From: Patescibacteria group bacterium
Lineage (GTDB): Bacteria > Patescibacteriota > Patescibacteriia > Patescibacteriales > JBAZCA01
Direction of reading: 5' to 3'
DNA length: 64,000 nucleotides
Assembly: GCA_041661505.1 (NCBI GenBank)
Contig: JBAZUF010000002.1
Location: 140,201-204,200, forward strand
A model generated the notes under the pieces. The model was given only the letters and a program-made list of their open reading frames with translations. It ran no database searches and was not told the DNA's origin. This document shows, piece by piece, positions 18,477 through 24,950 of the stretch. Position 1 is the stretch's first letter. Every line of letters starts with the position of its first letter. The translations under genes were made by a program, and so were the position numbers.

Positions 18477-19046
18477 CTATCGATAGCAAAGCGAAATTCC
18501 GTTTCGATCAGCATAACAGTTAAGAAAATAAACCGTATAAACGCACCGACCGCTAAAATACCGCGTTATGCATAGCCAAAAAGGATGTCCATATCTGTTG
18601 CGCATGACAAGTCCGGGAAATTCAAGAACCATATAACGACTTACGCCATGTAAATCCTCTATCGGCTTACCCTCCTCATCCAATGGGTCGTCGTCATATA
18701 TTTTATACTCATCCATCTTATTCCTGAATAGCCATTCAATCGCGCTGTTCGAATCATTCAGAAGATAATCTTCCCAAAGCCCGAGAAAGGCGTTAATGCC
18801 AAGTCGGGCTCTTTCCGGTACTTCTTTTAATCGCTTTAGTTTCTCCTTTCCTGTTAGGTATTTTTCCTTCCAGCCACGGCAAAACACAGGGACAATAAAA
18901 GTTAAATCTATCACTGACAGGCTGGCCGTTCGTTCATCTATATTCGGTTCGCCCGAAAGACCGTCGCCATCCAAGTCGCCTCTCCAGATAGTGGAGCCTT
19001 CAAAGCATCCTGAATTCCAATTAAAGGTCTTGGTTGAAATACGCAT
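18477..19046 (-). CDS. Hypothetical protein (189 aa), middle gene of the HisG-like operon
   Basis: The start ATG overlaps the upstream stop (TAATG at 19048-19044). An AGGAGA in its 3' end serves the HisG-like gene 9 nt downstream. No family recognised and no TM segment seen. Confidence 0.55.
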   Translation of the reverse strand: MRISTKTFNWNSGCFEGSTIWRGDLDGDGLSGEPNIDERTASLSVIDLTFIVPVFCRGWKEKYLTGKEKLKRLKEVPERARLGINAFLGLWEDYLLNDSNSAIEWLFRNKMDEYKIYDDDPLDEEGKPIEDLHGVSRYMVLEFPGLVMRNRYGHPFWLCITRYFSGRCVYTVYFLNCYADRNGISLCYR

Positions 19047-19369
19047 TAATGACTCCAGGTTGCGCCGCTAGTCGCGCAGTTAAAGCGAACCCGATTGTCG
19101 CCGGGATCAGAAGTAAAGCCGGAAGAGAATTTTATTTTATTTTCCGGCAATCGATACCAAGCGGCATACTTACCGCCGGTTTCAACAAACATTTTCCAGC
19201 ACTGAACTTTTTTCTGCTCGCTCAAATCTTCGTCTTTTTCAAGTTCTTCGAATGATCGAAAAACCCAAAGCTCTCCGCCCGAGGCCAAAAGATAGCGGGC
19301 CGATTCAGCGTTTTCCGGGCCAATCAAATACTCCAACTTTTTGATTTGTTTTTCCGTCGTAATTTTCAT
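19046..19369 (-). CDS. Hypothetical protein (107 aa), first gene of the HisG-like operon
   Basis: The ORF is preceded by AAAGGAAAAAGAGA. Translationally coupled to the next gene. No family recognised; there is a weak resemblance to SUKH/SMI1-type small immunity folds. Confidence 0.5.
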   Translation of the reverse strand: MKITTEKQIKKLEYLIGPENAESARYLLASGGELWVFRSFEELEKDEDLSEQKKVQCWKMFVETGGKYAAWYRLPENKIKFSSGFTSDPGDNRVRFNCATSGATWSH

Positions 19370-19449
19370 TCTCTTTTTCCTTTTTAACGAACATTGGGTT
19401 TCTCAATATGAGATCCTGATTTAAACAAGGCTCTGTTTTGCCAAACGCA

Positions 19450-19483
19450 AAACAGAAAACCCCTTCTCTTTCGAGAAGGGGTT
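19450..19483 (-). terminator. Rho-independent terminator after the YerC-like gene
   Basis: Stem AACCCCTTCTC/GAGAAGGGGTT (19458-19468 / 19473-19483) with loop TTTC. The minus strand continues TTTCTGTTTT. Confidence 0.7.
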
Positions 19484-19515
19484 AGTAACAATCAAAACGC
19501 TGAATATAAAAGCAG

Positions 19516-19860
19516 TTAATTATTTAAACGCAACCCTTTCCCGAAAGAGATTGAGCTGGGCTGATGCTTATCGCTATTTAAACCGAGCCGGTCGAGCATT
19601 GTCCGGTAGCCGCCAGTTCCGTTAGCCAGCCAAAAAGCCACCCGGCTGACCGTAGCGGTAGAGGTGCCGATTTCTTCCGCAATGGCGCGGTAAGGCACGC
19701 CTTTTTCAATCATTTGGACAATTTCCCAGCGGTCGCATAAATCGCTTAATTCGGAAACAGTGCACAAATCCCGGAAAAAATCCCGGGCTTCGTTCAAGTC
19801 TTTTAACCGCAAAATGACCTTGTAAAGGTTGTCGAATTTTTTGTCTGGTTTTATAGCCAT
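19516..19860 (-). CDS. YerC/YecD-family TrpR-like DNA-binding protein
   Basis: 114 aa. LCTVSELSDLCDRWEIVQMIEKGVPYRAIAEEIGTSTATVSRVAFWLANGTGGY matches the YerC/YecD Trp-repressor-related family. Confidence 0.78.
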   Translation of the reverse strand: MAIKPDKKFDNLYKVILRLKDLNEARDFFRDLCTVSELSDLCDRWEIVQMIEKGVPYRAIAEEIGTSTATVSRVAFWLANGTGGYRTMLDRLGLNSDKHQPSSISFGKGLRLNN

Positions 19861-19977
19861 ATTATTATTTGTCTTATTGTATTAGCATGTTAGCACAAAG
19901 GAAAAAATTGTCAAGGGGTAAAAATATAAGGCGCATTTAACGCCTGCTTTAGAATTTCGCCTGGGCGCCTGTTGCTT

Positions 19978-20955
19978 TTACTCCACCCGCCAGCCGTTTC
20001 CTGTTTTTTCCAGCCGGCCGAAAAAAGTAAAGCCGGCCGCCGCCCGGTGCCCGCCGCCCCCGAAAATCGCGGCTAATTTGGAGACATCAACGCGATTTCC
20101 AGAGGTCCTTAGACTACCCCTAATTTTCCCCGGCTCGGCTTCCCTTAAGAATAAAATCGCGCTGACGCCGGCCAGGTTGCTTAAAAATGCCGAAAGCCCG
20201 TCATATTCTTCTTCGGGAATATTTCTTTCCCGGAAATCATCGTAAGTTAGCGCCGTTACAGCGATATTATATTTTTTATTTATTGCCAGGCCGGATAAAA
20301 TCCGCCCCCACGTTTTTAGGGTTGCCAGGCTTTTATTTTTCATGTGTTTTTCAATAATCCGCGCGTGGGAGGCGCCGGCCGAAAGCATCTCCGAACCGAT
20401 TTTTACCGATTTTTTCGTGGCCGACGGGAAAAGATAACTTTCAGTGTCGGTGATAATTCCGGTTAGTATAGAGGTGGCCATTTTCCGGTTGATGGGAATG
20501 CTGTTGGCTTTGAAAAACGAGTAAACTATTTCCGTGGTGGATGAGGCCTCCTGATCCCTTAGCTCAAGATCGGCATAATCTTCGCCCTTAGGATGATGGT
20601 CGAACTCAATAATCTTTTGCCCTAAAGCCAGCCGGTCAAAGCCCTCTCCCAGCCCCGCCCGCGCTTTGGTGGCGCAGTCAAAAACCAAAACGAGGTCATA
20701 ATCATCAAGCTTGCTCCCATGGGCCGGACTTACTTCGCGGGCGCATTTAATTTTTTCAAAATGAGGGATGAAATTATAATTGGCCGGCAAGTCGCTTTGG
20801 CAAAAAGCCGTATATTTTTTCCCCAGGCCTTCCAAATATTCGGCCATAGCGCAAAGAGACGAAATGGCGTCGCCGTCCGGATTGATGTGGGTGGCTAAAA
20901 AAATATTTTTCGCCCTCAAAATTTCCTGATTAGCCTTTTGGTATAGATGATTCAT
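19978..20955 (-). CDS. nrnA: DHH/DHHA1 phosphoesterase (NrnA-like oligoribonuclease / pAp phosphatase)
   Basis: 325 aa with HINPDGDAISS, FDHHP (DHH motif) and GGGGHRAAAG (DHHA1 motif). Confidence 0.82.
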   Translation of the reverse strand: MNHLYQKANQEILRAKNIFLATHINPDGDAISSLCAMAEYLEGLGKKYTAFCQSDLPANYNFIPHFEKIKCAREVSPAHGSKLDDYDLVLVFDCATKARAGLGEGFDRLALGQKIIEFDHHPKGEDYADLELRDQEASSTTEIVYSFFKANSIPINRKMATSILTGIITDTESYLFPSATKKSVKIGSEMLSAGASHARIIEKHMKNKSLATLKTWGRILSGLAINKKYNIAVTALTYDDFRERNIPEEEYDGLSAFLSNLAGVSAILFLREAEPGKIRGSLRTSGNRVDVSKLAAIFGGGGHRAAAGFTFFGRLEKTGNGWRVE

Positions 20956-21022
20956 GGTTTACTTGGATTCCCGGGTTTAAACTTTTGCTATGAGTTATTG
21001 CCCAATAAATATATTCTCGCGA

Positions 21023-21373
21023 CTATTCATTTTTAATTTCATTAAAAAGGCTTTCCATTTCGTCGGCCTCCCTTCCCGAAGGATCAATTATCCAGTTGAA
21101 TTTCGGGATGTGGTGGAACCGGATTTTCTTTTGAAGGATTTTCGCAAACATCGAACTGTGCCCTCTTAATTTTTTTAAGGCAGTCCCGGCCTTGTGGTCA
21201 GGCAAAACCAAAACTTTAACTTTAGCCGAAAGAAGATCAGGCGAGCATTTAACGCTGCTTATGGAAATAAATCCGTCTTCCAAAGGAAGCTCGCGGGAAA
21301 TAATCAGTGAAAGCTCCCTCAATAAAAATTCGTTTACTTGTTCAATTTTTCTCATAAATTTTTTATGGCGCAA
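21023..21373 (-). CDS. rbfA: Ribosome-binding factor A
   Basis: 116 aa. QVNEFLLRELSLIISRE......ISISSVKCSPDLLSAKVKV fits the RbfA pattern. Confidence 0.8.
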   Translation of the reverse strand: MRHKKFMRKIEQVNEFLLRELSLIISRELPLEDGFISISSVKCSPDLLSAKVKVLVLPDHKAGTALKKLRGHSSMFAKILQKKIRFHHIPKFNWIIDPSGREADEMESLFNEIKNE

Positions 21374-21431
21374 TATCGCGGCGCCTGGCTTATTGCCTCT
21401 GCTATTTACTAATTATGGCTGTGATTATAGA

Positions 21432-21881
21432 ATGAAAAATATGAAATCCATTATTACCAACAATGAATCGGAAACCTTGAATCTGGCCCAGGACATCTCT
21501 AAGCGCCTGTCTGGAGGCGATTTAGTCGGCCTGAAAGGCAATCTGGGGTCGGGCAAAACAATCTTTGCTAAAGGATTGGCAAGGGGTTTGGGAATAAAAG
21601 AGACGGTTCAAAGCCCCACTTTTGTCATTATGATGCTTTACCGGTTAAAAACCAAAACTGGCCAGGCCAAAAAGGTTAAATATTTCTGCCATATTGACGC
21701 CTATCGGATAAGCCCTAAAGATTTAATTGCCATCGGCGCTTCGGAGTTTATTAGGCGACAGGACACTATAACAATTATTGAGTGGGCTGACAAGCTAAAA
21801 GGCATTCTTCCTAAAAAGACTAAGTGGATAGAGATAATACAGATTAGCCAGGCTAAGAGAAAAATAAAATTTAATTTTTAG
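21432..21881 (+). CDS. tsaE: tRNA t6A37 biosynthesis ATPase TsaE (YjeE)
   Basis: Walker A in GNLGSGKTIFAKGLARGLG, plus SPTFVIM and HIDAYR. The ATG at 21432 is used because the longer track ORF (from 21192) runs antisense through rbfA. Confidence 0.85.
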   Translation: MKNMKSIITNNESETLNLAQDISKRLSGGDLVGLKGNLGSGKTIFAKGLARGLGIKETVQSPTFVIMMLYRLKTKTGQAKKVKYFCHIDAYRISPKDLIAIGASEFIRRQDTITIIEWADKLKGILPKKTKWIEIIQISQAKRKIKFNF

Positions 21882-22344
21882 CCTCTTTGTTATAAATCTG
21901 TTTAAAGTTAGCCAACAATATCCCAAAAACTCCAAAAGTTATCATCATATCCGCCAGATTAAAAACCGTGAAATGATTCAGGTGGAAATAGTCAATTACT
22001 GATCCAAAACGGATTCGGTCCGCTAAATTGCTTAAACCACCCAAAAAGATATATAAAAGAAATGTGCCGTTAATTCCTATTTTCCGGCCATTTTTTATTA
22101 TTATTCCTAATATTAGCCCAAGAACTAAAAAAATCAGGATATTCACCCAAACTCCGGAAAGCGGCAAAGAAAAGGCAATGTTTTGGTTTTTTACCAGTTC
22201 AAAGAAGAAGACGCCGCGGATTAATGTGATTTTTTCCCCAAAAAGCTGGCTATTCGCGTAGATTTTTAATAGCCGGTCAATAAAAACAAAAAAGATGGCA
22301 ACCGAATTCAGGGTTATCATCTTTTTATTGAGGCTTAATAGCAT
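21871..22344 (-). CDS. lspA: Lipoprotein signal peptidase II
   Basis: C-terminal LSNLADRIRFGSVIDYFHL....FNLADMMITFG is the LspA signature. The ATG at 22344 is chosen because the longer track ORF overlaps the dksA-like gene. Confidence 0.85.
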   Translation of the reverse strand: MLLSLNKKMITLNSVAIFFVFIDRLLKIYANSQLFGEKITLIRGVFFFELVKNQNIAFSLPLSGVWVNILIFLVLGLILGIIIKNGRKIGINGTFLLYIFLGGLSNLADRIRFGSVIDYFHLNHFTVFNLADMMITFGVFGILLANFKQIYNKEAKN

Positions 22345-22438
22345 ATTTTGGTTCCGCTCCTGATTGTTTGACGTTCTTGCCGGGTAATTTTCCTTCGCGA
22401 GAGTATGGCGGGATGATTTAAGGATGGATAAGAGCGGT

Positions 22439-22813
22439 TCAGGATGTACTTTGGAGTTTTTTCTTGCATTCCACGCAAGCCGAAGCAAAAGGCCGGGCAA
22501 GGAGCCGTTTAGGATTAATTTCATTCTTACAGTACTTGCAGATGCCGTAAGACCCATCCTTAATCCTTTTTAAGGCCGCTTCAATATCTCTCAAAGTTCC
22601 TTCCAAGATTTTTTCCGTTACGATATTCGCCGAATATTCGCTAATTTCCTGGGCATTCTCGTCGCTTTTATTGCCGTATTCGGGAAATTTAGTCTTGTGG
22701 TCGTCTTTATCGTGGTCGCTTTTGGAAGTAAAGTTTTCAAGCTCTTTTATTATTTTTTCCTTTTGCGCTTTCAGCTCTTTTTCTATTTGCGCAAGAGTTT
22801 TTTTATCTATCAT
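22439..22813 (-). CDS. DksA/TraR-family C4 zinc-finger protein
   Basis: 124 aa with a coiled-coil N-terminus and the C-terminal zinc finger CKYCKNEI...CVECKKK. Confidence 0.78.
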   Translation of the reverse strand: MIDKKTLAQIEKELKAQKEKIIKELENFTSKSDHDKDDHKTKFPEYGNKSDENAQEISEYSANIVTEKILEGTLRDIEAALKRIKDGSYGICKYCKNEINPKRLLARPFASACVECKKKLQSTS

Positions 22814-22930
22814 ATTCTTAACTCAATTTAAAATATCTGACGATATATTTTTTATACTCTTTCGGAAATGAAATGGCTCCATTTCCTTGCCCCCTTTATA
22901 ATAAAAGCCCTTTTTAACAATAAAGGCTTC

Positions 22931-23001
22931 GGCTGGCTAGCTAAATTAATTATAGGGTAAACGCATTAGTTTGGCAAGACTGACTGCCAGCCAGGTTTTT
23001 T
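22931..23001 (+). other. Orphan long hairpin plus T6 run (possible small-RNA 3' end)
   Basis: GGCTGGC (22931-22937) pairs with GCCAGCC (22986-22992), followed by TTTTTT (22996-23001). There is no plus-strand ORF upstream. Confidence 0.3.
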
Positions 23002-23045
23002 GACCTAAAAAAGGCGGATAATCCAGATATTGATTTTTTGGCAAA

Positions 23046-23075
23046 TAAAAAGGGGCCCAGACGGGCCCCTTTTTT
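23046..23075. terminator. Bidirectional GC-clamp hairpin terminator
   Basis: AAAAA GGGGCCC AGAC GGGCCCC TTTTTT (stems 23052-23058 / 23063-23069). Confidence 0.7.
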
Positions 23076-23220
23076 ATTAAAAAGATTTTTGTGGCCTATG
23101 TCTTGAGCCCCAGCCCTAAAGGTTATTTCTGGCCCATCTTTATGATGGGTTAAGAAAATCCCTACCCTCGGGGTTTTGGCGCTACTACCAACTTCGAAAC
23201 GCTCTCTATTTACCAATCAG

Positions 23221-23273
23221 TGGCCAGCTATAGGCTAAGTTTTGTAGGTTTACCTATGCCAGCCGTTTTTTTT
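23221..23273 (+). terminator. Orphan plus-strand terminator-like hairpin with T8 run
   Basis: TGGC...ATAGG (23221-23234) pairs with CCTAT.GCCA (23253-23261), followed by eight T (23266-23273). No coding ORF lies upstream on this strand. Confidence 0.4.
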
Positions 23274-23395
23274 GTTTTGATTTCTCAAGCCGGTGTTGGT
23301 TCCCGGATTCGAGATTAGTAAACAGAGGTACACGACTGAATTCAATCGTGCATTTTAGCCTTCAACTTCTTGGCTTTATCGGCCAAAGAAATAAA

Positions 23396-23538
23396 GGCAA
23401 TAAATTTTCAATGCACTATCTAATATAATTATATCAAATACGTAAGCTTGAGTCAATTATGTCAAATATCATTATAATATTATGGCAAACAATAAATTTT
23501 GAATAATATTAGTCAAAATTTGGCAAAAGATAAATTTT
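23396..23538 (+). repeat. Three iteron-like direct repeats GGCAA(N0-4)ATAAATTTT in a very AT-rich tract
   Basis: Copies are GGCAATAAATTTT (23396-23408), GGCAAACAATAAATTTT (23484-23500) and GGCAAAAGATAAATTTT (23522-23538). Confidence 0.6.
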
Positions 23539-23559
23539 ATATTAATTCTTATAAGACTT

Positions 23560-23701
23560 AAGTCCACAGTAGCCTGGACTTAAATCCATGAGTTATCCAC
23601 AGGTCATCATATTTTTATATGAATTGAAGAAGAATTTTCAAACAAAATGAGACAGAAATTTGGAAACTAGAAACGAGTTAAGTCCAGGCTACTGTGGACT
23701 T
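23560..23701. repeat. Perfect 22-bp inverted repeat pair; each arm is itself a GTCCA-N8-TGGAC palindrome
   Basis: AAGTCCACAGTAGCCTGGACTT (23560-23581) is the exact reverse complement of AAGTCCAGGCTACTGTGGACTT (23680-23701). The spacer is 98 bp. Confidence 0.9.
23593..23601 (+). promoter_or_regulatory. Consensus DnaA box TTATCCACA
   Basis: An exact 9-mer lies between the two inverted-repeat arms. Weaker relatives sit at 23739-23747 (TGTGGACAC) and inside the repeat arms. Confidence 0.4.
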
Positions 23702-23726
23702 TACTTTTTTAAACAAAAAAGAGTTA

Positions 23727-23746
23727 TGTCCAGAGTTTTGTGGACA
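23727..23746. repeat. Third GTCCA-N8-TGGAC palindrome (possible tRNA-Cys terminator on the minus strand)
   Basis: TGTCCAGAGTTTTGTGGACA. On the minus strand it is followed by TAACTCTTTTTTG. Confidence 0.5.
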
Positions 23747-23814
23747 CAGCCCTTTTTATGTTCTAATATATTTTATTCCCAGACCGCCCAGTTTATAGCT
23801 GATTCCTGCGCTTT

Positions 23815-23889
23815 TGGAGGCCAGGAGGGGAATCGAACCCCTGTATAAGAGTTTTGCAGACTCTCGCCTTGCCGCTTGGCCACCTGGCC
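23815..23889 (-). tRNA. tRNA-Cys (anticodon GCA), CCA encoded
   Basis: The reverse complement GGCCAGGTGGCCAAGCGGCAAGGCGAGAGTCTGCAAAACTCTTATACAGGGGTTCGATTCCCCTCCTGGCCTCCA folds as a cloverleaf. It has anticodon loop CUGCAAA, discriminator U and a 3' CCA. Confidence 0.9.
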
Positions 23890-24049
23890 GCCAAAAACGC
23901 AGGAAATTTCATTTTCTAGCATGTTCGCCAATAGCAATTATAATATCAGATCCGTTGCCTTTTAATCTTACAAAAAAGCAGTTAAAAATACAAGAATAAA
24001 AAACCCCGGAACACGGGGTTAAAAATATTAATACGGTTTTTCTGGACAA

Positions 24050-24607
24050 TTAAGGAAGAATCTCAAGCTTAGCGACCTTCACTCCGAAATTAACGGCTTT
24101 TTCGTGGCTAAGCATCCATACGTCAACCCGGTCCGTATAGCGCCGGTTCATTCGATCCCGGACGGTAAAAATTTTGTCGCCAAAGAGTTCAGGAATTCTA
24201 ACCTTCGCGCCAAACGGCAACGCATTGGTAGCGATAGTATCCTCTACCCCGTGCTTGCAGACATTAAAACCATTGGCCGTGGTGCAAGGGTCGCTGTCGG
24301 TTTGTCCCGCCTCGGAATTATAGGCCGTAATCTGCACTATTTTTATCTTTTTCGGTTTGGAAGCTTCATTTACCGGTAAATTTGCCGCTGGAACGCTTTC
24401 TTTTTGTTCAATTATCAGCTCTTCAGCCGTTGCCGAAGCATTTAAATCGCCTTCAGCCTGGGCCAAAGCCGGCAACGGGAAAAGAAAATAGTCAAAAGCA
24501 ACAACAATAATCAAAAAAGAAAAGATAAAAGTCTGGTGCTTTTTTAGCTTTTTGCTTACGTGAGCCAGCATTTTTGCGATTTTGTCTTTATTTTTGTTTA
24601 AGTTCAT
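24050..24607 (-). CDS. 3D-domain (MltA/RlpA-like double-psi beta-barrel) cell-wall protein
   Basis: ITAYNSEAGQTDSDPCTTANG...ATNALPFGAKVRIPE...FTVRDRMNRRY..RVDVWM is the 3D-domain pattern, with an N-terminal TM anchor. The ATG at 24607 is preferred over the track start at 24727. Confidence 0.72.
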   Translation of the reverse strand: MNLNKNKDKIAKMLAHVSKKLKKHQTFIFSFLIIVVAFDYFLFPLPALAQAEGDLNASATAEELIIEQKESVPAANLPVNEASKPKKIKIVQITAYNSEAGQTDSDPCTTANGFNVCKHGVEDTIATNALPFGAKVRIPELFGDKIFTVRDRMNRRYTDRVDVWMLSHEKAVNFGVKVAKLEILP

Positions 24608-24950
24608 ATGTCCTTTTGTTTTTCGGGCAACGAACTGGATAAAAAAAGCCCTATTTCCCACTTTTAGATGAGGCATAGGGATTTTCTTATCTAATTTAAT
24701 AATAGCAAACTCATCCGAAAAAGTCAACCTTGACTTCGTTAGACTAGGGACAATATTGTTGCGTGTTTCCGCGTATTATTTTGAAAAATAGCTTACTTTT
24801 CGCGGGACAAGTATAAAAAATATAGCGTTAAGGCCAGCTTTACAAAAATGATTTTTTTTGATACAATATACATAGAGACTTAAAACAAGTCTCTAATATT
24901 TTCCAAAAAACAAAAATCGCAGCGGCAGTCAAAAACAAAAATAAAATCCC

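Noticed and set aside
17057-19483. The HisG-like operon as a tRNA-Lys-integrated mobile island.
   Set aside because: The operon lies on the 5' side of the tRNA. No integrase and no direct repeat of the tRNA 3' end were seen. Composition looks like the surrounding genome. There is no support for recent integration.
23056-23073. An 18-nt identity (CCAGACGGGCCCCTTTTT) shared between 23056-23073 and about 49233-49250.
   Set aside because: Both sit at the 3' side of terminator-type hairpins, and the second copy has a degenerate left arm. It is most simply a recurrent terminator sequence, not a mobile repeat.
22950-23216. 88-aa minus-strand ORF in the long non-coding region.
   Set aside because: It reads through the GGGGCCC/GGGCCCC terminator hairpin, lacks an SD, and has low-complexity, non-protein-like sequence. 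It is treated as spurious.
23170-23273. Possible tmRNA 5' end (GGGGTTTTGGCGCTACTACCAACTTCGAAACG).
   Set aside because: There is no matching 3' acceptor/T-arm with CCA within 300-400 nt on either strand. No plausible tag reading frame ending in a hydrophobic Ala-rich peptide was found.
23556-23701. The repeat arms (GAGTTAAGTCCAGGCTACTGTGGAC) resemble the RNase P RNA P4 region, GAGGAAAGUCCGGGCUCCAUAGGGC.
   Set aside because: On both strands the flanking sequence is nearly pure A/T or runs into tRNA-Cys. The other conserved RNase P blocks (GGUAAGGGUGAAAGGGUG and ACAGAA..GGCUUA) are absent. The similarity is best explained by chance plus the palindrome.
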